From: Octopus sinensis
Taxonomy: Eukaryota
Reading direction: 5' to 3'
Assembly: GCF_006345805.1 (NCBI RefSeq)
Contig: NC_042999.1
Span: 27,900,001-27,964,000, forward strand
Length of the DNA: 64,000 nucleotides
Shown: piece by piece, positions 35,951 through 48,329 of the stretch
How positions within the stretch are numbered: the stretch's first letter is position 1
How the letters are laid out: every line of letters starts with the position of its first letter
Program-made: the position numbers and the translations under genes
Notes under the pieces: generated by a model
Database searches by the model: none
Told to the model about the DNA's origin: nothing
The model's input: the letters and a program-made list of their open reading frames with translations, nothing else

Positions 35951-36352
35951 ACTAGCAGTATCGCCCGGCGTTGCTCGGGTTTGTAAGGGAAATAACTATA
36001 TAAGCATTTTTAGAGATGTAAAGTATAATAGCCATCTCAATATGGCTAACCACAAAGGGGGTGGGGTGTTACTGAAGCTTTTTACGTTCTGATATTTAAT
36101 AATAAATTTTTAGAGAGTTACTTCCCTTATATATGCCAAAAATGCATTAAAAAATGGGAAAAATTGATGGTAATTTTTTTTTTAAATGGTAGACTCATCG
36201 TAGACGCGCGCTAATACCCAGAAGGGCTCGATATGAATCACGACTATAATATACCCGGTTTTGGTTAAACTGCACCGCAAAATGTGGGAGTAGTTAGGAA
36301 TCTAAATCGTAGGAGACAGACAGCACACAACCTCTCTTTTATATATAAAGAT
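35951..36352 (+). mobile_element. Non-autonomous Helitron/Helentron-like element
   Basis: Starts ACTAG with the subterminal hairpin CCCGGCGTTGCTCGGG and ends ...TTTTATATATAAAGAT; no TSD. These termini are typical of rolling-circle non-autonomous elements (recognition only). Confidence 0.6.
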
Positions 36353-36382
36353 ATCCACGAGGAACATGTGTATGGCTACACT

Positions 36383-36575
36383 AAATAAATGCGCCCTTTT
36401 AAAGCCTTGCCAGGCTCATGGGCCCGTTACTCGTTTTTGCCTGCTGGGTGGACTGGAACAACGTAAAATGAAGTGTTTTGCTCAAGAACACGGCGCGTCG
36501 CTCGGTCCAGGAATCGATACCACAATCTTACGATCATGATGCTGACACCCTAACCCCTAAGCCACGCGGCTCCAC
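36383..36575 (-). mobile_element. SINE D, internally deleted
   Basis: Homologous to 54094-54344 but lacks ~60 bp. Confidence 0.8.
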
Positions 36576-36694
36576 AGTTTTACACATACCAAACTAGAAA
36601 TACCTCATTTAGTTATAGTGTAGGATTTCTTCATTAATTTCTTTACCATGCTCCATTTGTTTCTAGTTGACTTTCTTGATGAACCTGAGCCAAC

Positions 36695-36960
36695 GCAAAT
36701 ACGTTCATTGCGCACGCATACACGCACGCACGCACGCACGCGCATACACACACACACCACACACACACACACACATACACACACACACACACACGCACAC
36801 ACATACACACGCACACAAACACGCACGCACGCACACACATACACACGCACACACACACATGCACACACACACATACACACGCACACACATACACACGCAC
36901 ACACACTCACTCACACTCACACACATACACAACTCACACATACACACACGCATGTGTATG
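36695..36960. repeat. (CA)n/(CACG)n compound microsatellite
   Basis: Direct observation. Confidence 0.95.
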
Positions 36961-37037
36961 TATGCATATGCACACATATATGTATTTATGTCAAATGGAT
37001 TATATATACACATACATATACATAAATATATATACGA

Positions 37038-37322
37038 GGGCGCGGGAGTGGCTGTGTGGAAAAAAAAAGCTAGCTTCCCAACCACGAGGTTTCAGGTTTA
37101 ATCCCACTCTCATAGCACCTTGGGCAAGTGTCTTGTATTATAACCTCAAGAGAACTAAATCCTTGTGAGAGGATTTGGTGGACAGAAACTGAAAGAAGGC
37201 TCTCGCACATATATGTGTATGTGTTTGTCTGTGCGTGCCTGTGTGTGTCTTCGTGTCTCTGTCTGTTCCCCGCCACCGTGTTATAACCGGTGTTAGTGTG
37301 TTTACTTAGCGGTTCGGCCAAA
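37038..37322 (+). mobile_element. Diverged SINE B
   Basis: B head and body recognisable. Confidence 0.75.
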
Positions 37323-37468
37323 TACACTGATATTTTACGTAAATTTAATAAGTAGAAAAAGTCGACATCGGTGGATTTTTGAATTCAGAATGTAAATTCA
37401 GATTGTCGGGTGGGGATGGGGTGGGGGGGACAAGCACATGCACAGAGACACACACAAACATACAACGG

Positions 37469-37623
37469 GATTCTTTTAGTTTTCGTCTACCAAATCCACT
37501 CATAAGGCTTTGGTCGGCCTGAGGCTACAGAAAAAGACACTTGGTCAAGGTACCATGCACTGGGACTGAGCATAGAAGTAGCTTGGGATGGAAGCCTCTG
37601 ACCACACAACCACGCCTGCACCT
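37469..37623 (-). mobile_element. Diverged SINE B head, antisense
   Basis: gtctaccaaatccactc...accacacaaccacgcctgcacc. Confidence 0.75.
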
Positions 37624-37649
37624 GTATGTGTGTGTGTGTATATATATAG

Positions 37650-37751
<102 letters not shown>

Positions 37752-38154
37752 TCATAAATAAGGGCAAACGAAAAAATTTCTAATGCCAGATATGCCGAAA
37801 AATTGGACATATTGTCCATTAATCATATAATATTTTCACAATATGCACGCTACTCGAAAAAACCTTTAAAGGTATTTTTTGATATGCTGGCCATTAATAA
37901 AATTTTTGGGGAAAATAATTTTTTTCCAAAAACATTTTATCCTTCATTAGATATAAATGAAACAGAGGCGACTGAAGAAGGGGAATTTTCCTGGTATTGT
38001 ATGTCCTGTACTCTATTTTTTCGTTGTTTAAGAAAGATGTCCATTTCCTTGGTTTTGTGTTTGTTTTCGTTTCTCATTATGTTCGACGTTTTTTTGGTGT
38101 CCTGTAACCATATATGCACGTATATATACATGTAGAGGTAGGTACGTACATATA

Positions 38155-38489
38155 AAGGGTAAAGAGCCCCTTCGGTCATGAGTGACCATGGGTTTGCACC
38201 TAGAGAGTTACCCTCTGAGGCACAAGTCTGGGCAAGGTTGTTTTATGGAAGACCAGTAGTCGCCCATGCATACCGGCCTCCCCTCTCCACGCCACCAGTG
38301 TTATCCAAGGGAAAGACAAAGGTCGATACAGCTTGGCACCTGTGACGTCGCAACTCATTTCTACAGCTGAGTGAACTGGAGCAACGTGAAATAAAGTGTC
38401 TTGCTCAAGAACACAGCACGCAGCCCGGTCCGGGATTCGAGCTCACAACCTCACGATCGTAAGCTCGACGCTCTAACCACTGAGCCGTA
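38155..38489 (-). mobile_element. SINE E, antisense
   Basis: tRNA-like head (GGCTCAGTGGTTAGAGC...GAGCTCGAATCCCG); homologous to 34577-34903. Confidence 0.85.
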
Positions 38490-38587
38490 CGTACATATAC
38501 GTATGTGTATATGCATATGTTTTATTTATTTATTAATTTATTATATGACGGAACGCACGCATCCATTTCTAAGTAAGATTGTTCTTA

Positions 38588-38621
<34 letters not shown>

Positions 38622-38914
38622 ATGTTTGTGTTTATAGATAAATATATCAGAAAATAAATGCTGGCGTATATAAAAAGCAGCAATACTCACTGTTTACAAC
38701 GTGCTGTTGAAACTGAGGGGCTTATATAATTTTATATACATTTGTACTTTGAGTAATTTTTATGTCAGTCTATTTATATACACTGTGACTCTGAAACCTG
38801 AATTTTCATTGAGCTCTTTGCTAAACTCTTGCAACGAGGGACTATATCCACGGAGTATGAACAAACTAGTAATTTCTGTCACTATCATTACAATTCTCTT
38901 GCACGTGTGTATGT

Positions 38915-39038
38915 ATTCCCAACCAGATGGTTCCGGGTTCAGTCTCACTGCATAACAGCATCAAGCCTACCTAAGCCTTGTGAGTGGATTTGGTAGACGG
39001 AAACTGAAAGAAGCCCGTCGTATACATACATGCATATA

Positions 39039-39083
<45 letters not shown>

Positions 39084-39304
39084 ATGCATATACACACATA
39101 CATACATATATCAATACACACACACACACATATGAAGCTTGGCAACCAATCTTGTGTTTAAGTCGTCGTAATTAGTGGTTCGGCAAAAGAGACCGATAGA
39201 ATAAGTACTCGGCTTAAGAAGAAATCGATCTTGGCATCGATTTGTTCGATTGAAACACTTCAAGGTAGTGTCCCAGCATAGCCGTGGTTAAATGACTGAA
39301 ATAG
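38915..39304 (+). mobile_element. Diverged SINE B
   Basis: Head remnant, internal microsatellite and tail ...aaatgactgaaatag. Confidence 0.75.
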
Positions 39305-39367
39305 CTACGATAATATATACATACATACATACATACATACATACATACGTATGTATATTTATATATG

Positions 39368-39398
<31 letters not shown>

Positions 39399-39470
39399 TA
39401 TATATATACATACATACATACATATGTATGTATATATGTATAAATAAATATATACATACGTATGTCTGTA

Positions 39471-39510
<40 letters not shown>

Positions 39511-40090
39511 TGCATAAATGTGTGTGTAATTAAATTACAAACATATACATACATATACAAACAATTCCTCTCAATCAAATCATGACATTTTAAGTGACAA
39601 AGTTTTCACTAGAATAGAAAACTATACATAAAAAAAATAGAAATGCCAAGCATATATGTGAAATTGAAATAAAATGTATGACAGGTTTATTGTTTGTTGC
39701 CTGACAATAAATAATTCATTCACTCAATGATGCTACCGACTTATTATAGGGTTTAGGTCATTTCGTTCTCTTAAAAAAAAAAAATACTCGAGTATGTACT
39801 TCTTACGCGATATAAAATTACTTTTGACGAGAAGGTGTAGTTATCAAGTCTACTACAGATATTTTGGAATGAATTCGCACCACACATCTACGTAACGTTT
39901 CTATGTATTCATGTCAAATGGATTATACATAGCTTTCAATGTTAGAAGGATCGTGTGTACAGGCAGACAAGCTTGTGTGGTTTCAGGCGATACAAAACTT
40001 TATGTCGTCTGGTTTGATAAATCATCCAAGCATTACATAAGTTCGAAACTGAACAATCTCTCTCTGTGTATATGTGTGAGTGTGCAGGAG

Positions 40091-40207
40091 AGGAGTGGCT
40101 GTGTGATAATTAGCTTGCTTACCAACCACATGGTTCCAGGTTCAGTCCCACTGCGTGGCACCATGAGCAACTGTCTTCTACTATAGCCTCGGGTCAACAA
40201 AAGCCTT
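40091..40207 (+). mobile_element. SINE B head, truncated by a Penelope-derived repeat
   Basis: B head up to ...aaaagcctt. Confidence 0.8.
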
Positions 40208-40310
40208 TAACGTTTCGAGCCTACGCTCTTCCACAGAAAGGACCACAGAAATAAACAAAGAGAGAAAATAATGAATGTATAGTGGCTAGCGATCTATCAT
40301 GGCGAATATA
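40204..40310 (-). mobile_element. Penelope-derived repeat containing a hammerhead variant (40204-40241)
   Basis: Homologous to 48047-48155; minus strand CCTTT-CTGTGGA-A-GAGC-gtag-GCTC-GAAA-CG-TT-AAAGG. Confidence 0.65.
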
Positions 40311-40997
40311 TATCTATACGCATACAGAAACACACAAATACTTAAACATTGAGAGATGTATAAGTATATATATATAGTCTTGACTCTGTCCGTTATTTAC
40401 ACTGCGTTCCCTTTTGTTTGTTTGTGCGCAAGTGCGTGGGTCAGTGTGTGTGTGTGTGCGCGTGTGCCTATGCATGCATGTACGTATGTATGTATGTGTG
40501 TATGTATGTGTATGTATGTATATATTTGTGTGTATGCATATGGATATATGTATGTATGTATGTGTGTGTATCTGTATGTACATGTCCTGCATATTTATGT
40601 GATTGCCTGTCCGTGTTTCTGTATTTTCTATGTATGTGTGCGTGAGCATGTGTTTGTATATGTATGCACCTCTGTCTCCTTGTGTGTGTGTGTTATGCAA
40701 CTATGTACAATGTTTGTATGTATGGATGTGCATCTTTATATGTGTGGATCCGTGTCTCCATATGTGTCTTTGTGTGGAGTAAAGTGTGTGTGTATATATG
40801 GTCAAGTATTTAAGTTTCCATTTGCGTATGTGTGCTTGTCTGTTCTTATAACCTATCCCTCTGTATGTTTATTTTCATATCTATATGCTTACATACAAAA
40901 AATGTGCATACACACACACATACATCTATCTGCATAACAGTCCACTAACTATTCTACTCTACCTGTGTAAACTGTGGGTATGGAGATATGATATCTA

Positions 40998-41295
40998 CTA
41001 TGTATATTTCCTATTTAGTATTGGGGAGGTTTCATTTATGAGGACGTATTTGTCTGAGTGTTGGGTTTTTGGGTGCGTGGATAAGATGCGGATGTCAAGG
41101 TGACCCAAGATGCCTCCATGGTGGCCTTTGGCATGTTGGTAGAGTATGGAGGACTGTTTTTTGTCGTCATATTGTCTTAGATGTTCATTTATTCGTTCCG
41201 CAATGCTCCTAGATGTCACTCCTATGTATGACATGTTCGTGTCTTGACAAACACCTTCTATGCATCTTATGCTGTAAACTATATTTCAAGTTCTA
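40998..41295 (-). mobile_element. Penelope-like element fossil, GIY-YIG endonuclease
   Basis: NCRT*NIVYSIRCIEGVCQDTNMSYIGVTSRSIAERINEH...SSILYQHAKGHH...INETSPILNRK. Confidence 0.85.
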
Positions 41296-41835
41296 CAGTT
41301 AATGCCAGGGCTAATCCAAAATATATATATGGCTTTGGCACAATACATCTTTACTACTAAAGTAATCTCGAAACGTGGTCAGGTCGCACAGTTTTGGGGT
41401 CATTTTCGGGCAATATTTCGACTTGCTTCTAATATTTCACTTCTAATGTTTCACTTTCGTCCGATGTTTTACTCACTCACTCATTATCACACTCACTCAT
41501 TCACTCGCTCACTCACTCATTCTCTCTCACGCACGCACATACATCCATACATCTTTCACTTTCTCTCATTCACTTTCTGCTCTGACTTCGAAATAGATGT
41601 CGCCTTTTCATTTTCTCCTCTCTTTCAATTTCTTCTCTCTTCAAAGCACAAAGAAATGAAAACTTATACGGAGATCAACGAACAATCATATAATTCCATA
41701 TGATCGAGTTGACAACTTTGCTACTTCAAACGTAAGAATGTCATAGAATAACTTCCTTTACCATACACCCCCACCTCTAGTTAAAACTTCTGTACGAACT
41801 GTTATTTCTTGCTGTCTGCACGCAACCACATGGTT

Positions 41836-41958
41836 AATCGACTTAATCCGTTTGTCTGTCCTTGTTTGTCCTCTCTGTGTTTAGCTCCTTGTGGGTAGTA
41901 AAGAAATAGGTATTTCGTCTGCTGTTACGTTCTGAGTTCAAATTCCGCCGAGGTCGAC
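41836..41958 (+). mobile_element. SINE A junction-spanning (circularly permuted) fragment
   Basis: 3' end of the unit followed by unit nt 1-50; junction at 41908/41909. Confidence 0.85.
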
Positions 41959-42054
41959 ATATGTGCACACACACACACACACACACATATATACATAGAC
42001 ACAGAGAAGTAGCGAAAGATGATAGAGATAGATATGCATACGCACACACACGAG

Positions 42055-42095
42055 AGAGAGAGAGAGAGAGAGTGAGAGAGAGGGAGAGAGAGAGA

Positions 42096-42139
<44 letters not shown>

Positions 42140-42181
42140 GAGAGGAGAGAGAGAGAGGAGAGAGGAGAGAGGAGAGAGAGA

Positions 42182-42230
<49 letters not shown>
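42055..42230. repeat. (GA)n microsatellite
   Basis: Direct observation. Confidence 0.95.
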
Positions 42231-42231
<1 letters not shown>

Positions 42232-42769
42232 TTTGTACGCGTGTATTTGTGGGTTGCATGTAAATATTTACAAATTAATACATGTGTCTTCCTGAGTATT
42301 AAAATCTTCCTCTGAACCATTTCTCTGAAATTACGATTGACAGTTAAGTGCGATATAACTACGCTGGACTCCCACTAATGCACACATACACACAAATATA
42401 AATATTGGTGTATGTGTGTTTTTATACACACACACATACAGATGTATAGATATACTTAGTCGGCTGAAACGAAAATGGTGAATATTACCAGTTTCACTTT
42501 GAAAAGGAACTGTAAAAGGACTACAATGGATATTAAGCTTGATGTTTTAAAGAAGCTTGATGCCGATTTTTAAAAATTAGCCGCATTAGAGCTTGCAACC
42601 CAACCTCTGCAATAAGCCAAGTACTTATACCTTATTTTTTCGAGGATTTAATATAATGCTTAAAATGGAACGGTTCTTTTGCCATGTCTTATAATACATT
42701 GTTTGCATGTTTGCATTGTCTTATAATACATAAAAACACATATGTATGTGTGTATATATACATATATAC

Positions 42770-42819
<50 letters not shown>

Positions 42820-42995
42820 CATACATATGTATGTATGTATGTGTGTATGTATCTATGTATGTATCGAAATAAGCAACATGATATCAAGTAGTAATGCAGT
42901 ACCACCGTTTCAAGCGACTCCATTAAATTGAACCGATAAGCTTGAAGAGAACTAAAAAAACTTTGTATAGTGTTTTTCAGGGAAAGAGAAACTTC

Positions 42996-43414
42996 GGATC
43001 TTTTCCGTTTGAACGGCAGTTTTTAACATAATTTCTAGGTAACCAAAAAATGTGAAACTTCGTATACTGGTAGAATGTGTTTATAAAACATATTTTTCTC
43101 TTGGCTTTATTGAGAAAATTCTATAGTTTGAAAGATATTTGTTGTTTTTTTTCTTCAGTTTCTGCAATTTCAACCAATCAATGACGCCCATTGAGGTAAA
43201 AAAAACATTCTGTGCCGTATGAATATGTCCCTCGTTTAAGAAACAGATTGGGTTTATTTACATTTATGAAGAAAAAAAGATACCCTTCCCCCTACCCCTA
43301 ACCCTAACCCTAAAACAGATTGAAATGCAATAGATCGATACTAGGGTCATAATTATGGGTGACAATTTCATATGACACCGCTAGAAAAAACTGCCGTTCA
43401 AACCGAAAAGATCC
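42996..43414 (-). mobile_element. MITE copy 4
   Basis: Same TIRs, reverse orientation; TSD GAAACTTC / GAAACTGC (7/8). Confidence 0.9.
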
Positions 43415-43839
43415 GAAACTGCTAATGCAAAACTTTTTTTTTTTCTGGCTAGTAATGGTTTGTTCGAAATGTTTAAGAAGCGCTTGAATTTGTAGAACAT
43501 AAACTTAACTGGTAAATATGTCAGAGTAGATACAAAGGCTGCTATTAATTATCCTGACCAGCTAAAAAAAAAATGATTGCTGATGTGTGGGAGGATACAC
43601 ACCAAAGCAAATAAACAGTTTTGATGAAACAGCGTTTTACTAGATCATGTGCCTGCTACAAATTTAACTTCTCGAGAAGAAAAATTAGCAAGATTAAAAA
43701 TTCTCAAAAATCACCCGTTTCTTCAAGGAGGAAATTAAAGCCCCCTTACATCTGCATCACTTTCAATGGTTACGCAGTATAATATGCCTCTGATTTGGCA
43801 ATGATGACTAAGAGCTTTTTAAGTGTAGTTAGCAAACAT

Positions 43840-44435
43840 TTCATCTTCCTTGGTTCCAAAATAAATCGAGATGGTGACTGCACTCCAGAAATAAGACAGC
43901 GGATAGTACTAGGCAGAGAGGCAATGGTCAGCATGAGCAGGGTCTGGAAGAGTAGAGACATCAGACTCGCTACCAAATGCAGATTGGTGAATGCAATTGT
44001 CTTCCCAATAGCAATATATGGATGCGAGACCTCTGGACACTAAAGAAAGCTGACCAGAAGAGAATTAATGCATTCGCGCTTTGGTGTTGGAGAAGACTTT
44101 TGCGGATTCCATGGACAGCGAGGCTCACCAATGGAGAAGTTCTTAAGCAGATCAGGCCGAAAATGTTGCTAGAAGCTAGGATCACCTAGCATAGATTGGC
44201 ATATTTCGGTCATATTATGCGGAGAAAATCCCTGGAGAAGGACATCATGCCCAGAATGGTCAGTGGCAAGAGAGGAAGAGGCCGACCAAGAACCCGCTGG
44301 CTTGACACCATCAAGAGTGATACCGGAATGGACATAGCCAATCTGAAAGAAGCGGCCCAGGATAGAACTGACTGGAGGACACTGATCCATCGAGTAACCG
44401 AGAGTCGACTTCGATTGAGTGGATAGATAGATAGA
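43840..44435 (+). mobile_element. RTE (BovB-like) LINE 3' fragment with (ATAG)n tail
   Basis: FIFLGSKINRDGDCTPEIRQRI..YGCE..WCWRRLLRIPWTAR..RWLDTI..AAQDRTDWR; TSD TAGCAAACAT (43830-43839 / 44436-44445). Confidence 0.9.
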
Positions 44436-45711
44436 TAGCAAACATATTTTTGTCCTGCTATAGAAAGGTAGAGTGTCTGACATAAAATTTCCAGCAGAGC
44501 ATTACTCATTTTAGACAATGTAAGAGTGATCTTAAATGAGCTTTCTGATTATGTGAGAGCAGAATATCTCCTCAAGAATACAATTTCTTTACTCCACCCA
44601 AAAGATTTAACTTTAAGGCATATCATCCAAGAACTTCAAAAAACCTTATAAAACTAATTGACGGGATGGATCAACATGCTATTTGCGACTTCTGAAAGAA
44701 GTTCAACGTAATGATTGCTGTGTGTAACATAGCAGACTTCTAGGATGAAGTGAAACACTCAACTATGAAAAATTTACTAATAGAATGTATCCGTGACTTC
44801 ACAAGTTTTCCACATGCAGAATGCCTACATCAATTTCGGAAAAGGATTGTGACACTTTCAAATGATACAGGGTTTGAAGAAGTCATTGAAGATAATGGGA
44901 ATGGATTAATAGGGTCCCATAGAGAATATATATCTAACGAGGAGATGATATTGTCTGACCAAAAAAGCAGACCGAGAATGCATATACTACAAAATTACAC
45001 CGGCCCAATCTAAAATAAACTGCAAACAATATTTTTTCTACTCCAGGCACAAGGCTCGAAATTTTTGGGAAGGCCAGTCGATTAAATCGACTCCAGTACG
45101 CAACTGGTTCTAAATTTATCGCACATTTCTGACCTCTTGGCCGACACTTTGCGTTTTCGTGTGTGCTCTCGCTGAGGACAGTGGACATGAGTTAGAATAA
45201 GAACAGTAAGAGACGAGTGAAGAACGAATATATAGTGCGTATGTTTATTTGGCAAAAGAAATGACCGTCCCGCAATTCAAATACATATATATATATATAA
45301 ATAAGATTAGAAAAAAAACCCACCTTTTATTAATTCAAAATGAACAATTAAATTACACCATCTAGAAAATTACATATAATAGAAATATTAAAATTAAAAT
45401 AACAATAAAATGTCAATGATTAAGTAAATTGCAAAAAAATAATAAAAACGTATATAATTGGTAGAATATATATATATCAGTTCAAATCGCACGTGCCTCG
45501 AATGGGCTGGAGTATTTCTATTTTGGATGTATTTGGGGTACTTAGTTGTGCCCATGACTTAGTATTTGCTTCTTCCATGGGTATGAGTAAGTATCTCATT
45601 TATTTCTTTTGCCACATGTATCACTGACGAAGAGAGGGCTCTTAGTAGCTAACTCTGGAATCGGTCCGATATGGTAATAATGGAATTTTTTAGAAATTTC
45701 TGTCGACCTTT

Positions 45712-45822
45712 TTTCGAGTAGCGTGCGTATTGTGAAAAAATTATATGGTTAATGGACAATATGTTCAATTTTTCGGCATATTTGGCATTAGAATTTTTTT
45801 CCTTTGCCCTCATTTATGAATT
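45712..45822 (-). repeat. Dispersed repeat, reverse-complement homolog of ~37750-37862
   Basis: ttttcgagtagcgtgcgtattgtgaaaa...ggcattagaa matches ttctaatgcc...cacgctactcgaaaa; family unknown. Confidence 0.7.
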
Positions 45823-45825
45823 ATT

Positions 45826-45879
<54 letters not shown>

Positions 45880-46216
45880 TTGACTACTACTGCTAGTTCG
45901 GCCATCAGTCATCTTCATAATTACAGCCAACGAATCTAGTCAACGCACAAGACAGCCATTATGCTCCCCCACATAAAACACCACCACGTGGATTCTGTTG
46001 AGACTAGTAAGAAACAATTATGAACTTTTTTATTGGACTTTTAAAAGAAATGATAAGGTTCGTTTTTTCAAGAAAAACCGAAACATGTAAAATTTCTAAG
46101 AAAATTAAAATTTCTCTTATATAGTGGCGTTTTCAAACTTCTTTTTTTAAATATATACCCACTCGTATGCCACCTACATTATATATATATATATATAATA
46201 TATAATATATATATAA

Positions 46217-46267
<51 letters not shown>

Positions 46268-46277
46268 ATATAATATA

Positions 46278-46317
<40 letters not shown>

Positions 46318-46560
46318 GAAAGAATGGAGTCGAACGAAGATGTAAACAAAATTCCTTTACTCTCGACACATATTCATATACAACACACAAATTTCTACAC
46401 ATGAACCCGGAGTTTCTACCCTTGACAGGTCGCTTCAACCGTGTTTTCTGACGTTTCGGTTAAACGAATTTTCCATGCTGACGATAAATATAGGGTAATT
46501 CATTCACCTAGTTATATACATACATACATACATACATACATACATACATACATACATACA

Positions 46561-46593
<33 letters not shown>

Positions 46594-46996
46594 TTAATGT
46601 GTGTGTGTGTATAGTCAGGTCAAAAATAACCATATAGACAACGCACATTTTTATAAATAACGAGCTCCCATATTTTGAGAGTTGCCTACAGTTACATAAT
46701 CATATCCGTTACAATTTCTTACAGTAATAATGTGAGTTAAATGATCTTTGACTGCAGTTTCTAGCAGGTGCCCATTTAGAGACTGTTATATATATCTATA
46801 TGTGTGTTTGTGTGTGTGTGTGTGTGTGAGACTGTGCATGTAGGAAGTATGCCAGCGACAGAAAGAAAGTCAGACATGTCAAACGTCTGAGAGCGTTTTC
46901 AAAATGTACTCCAACAACAATCTAAGAATTTTCCCACATTTGTAGATGGAAGAGAGTGCATATACATTTACAGCCCTACTCCGTATGCATATATAT

Positions 46997-47030
<34 letters not shown>

Positions 47031-47158
47031 ATATATAAAAATAATATATATGTCTTTATATATATATATGCATGTATATATATAGTATTATAATAATATA
47101 TATATGCATAATATAATTATTAATATATATATTATTATATAATATATATATGCATGTA

Positions 47159-47203
<45 letters not shown>

Positions 47204-47206
47204 TGC

Positions 47207-47300
<94 letters not shown>

Positions 47301-47921
47301 ACATATATGTATATATATATGTTATATATAAATATATGTATATATATATATATATATATGAGCTTGTCTGCCCTGAATATGTAACTAAATTGGTCAATTA
47401 TTATTAGACAGGACAAGATAATCTTCCACTCAGCTGTTGCCATATTCCAGTTGGTAGTTGCTGAGGGAAATTTTTACATCCCCTCTCACGGTACATTTAC
47501 TTCCTCCCGATTCAATTTATTAGTTTGTCTATTCACTTCACGCCACCACCACCACCTCCACCACCACCATCACCACCACCATCATCAATATCATCGTCAT
47601 CGTCGTCGTCGCCGCCGCCTTTATCGTTCTCATTATTATTTTTATTATTTAGTTGGCCACGGAATTGCTTCTGTTCCTTTATAAATAACATCAAGTGGTT
47701 ATGTAATCTCTGGGTGTCTTTACTACCTTCTGTTTCACATCTGACGTTCACTGATGATACAGTATTCTCACGCAAACGCACGGACTCACATTGGCGCCCA
47801 TATACAAAATTTAAAAAAATGTTAATGCACGAATAAGCACACAACCATGTCTATACATTCATACATACAGATATACTTGTGTGTAATTGTGTGTGTGTAT
47901 TGCATGTGTACACGTGTATAC

Positions 47922-47956
<35 letters not shown>

Positions 47957-47959
<3 letters not shown>

Positions 47960-48155
47960 AGAGTTTACGAAAAAAACTAAAGACGAAGACAGGTGGTGTA
48001 CAAAACAAATAGCTGTATTAGTATAACGCTCAGGAATAGAAAAAGTCTTTTACGTTTCGAGCCTACGCTCTTCTACAGAAAGGGTCACAGAAAAAAACAA
48101 GGAGAGAAACAAGGAGGGGAAAAAATGTGTGTAGTGGCTCACGATCTATCATGGC
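47957..48155 (-). mobile_element. Penelope-derived repeat containing a hammerhead variant (48047-48082)
   Basis: Minus strand CTTT-CTGTAGA-A-GAGC-gtag-GCTC-GAAA-CG-TA-AAAG; abuts (TA)n. Confidence 0.65.
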
Positions 48156-48329
48156 TACTAGTGCCGGACAGAAGGGTCAAACACGAAGAGGAAAGTAGGG
48201 GAGATAACAAGGTAAAGATGACCCCCAACACACATACATACACACATACACACATACACACATACACACAGGGGGTGTAAAAGTAAATATACAGTTATGA
48301 AAAAATACTCAAAAAGTTACGATAAAAGT

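Larger units (their letters stand above)
42500..44960 (+). mobile_element. Tigger/pogo transposase fossil, interrupted by a microsatellite, a MITE and an RTE
   Basis: KRNCKRTTMDIKLDVLKKLDA (HTH); FLASNGLFEMFKKR..AAINYPDQLKK..GYTPKQINSFDET; ILDNV..AEYLLKNTISLLHP; KKFNVMIAVCNIADF*DEVKHSTM..GFEEVIED. Confidence 0.75.

Noticed and set aside
45624-45642. CTGACGA-AGAG-aggg-CTCT as a hammerhead
   Set aside because: Not followed by GAAA and no stem I or stem III.
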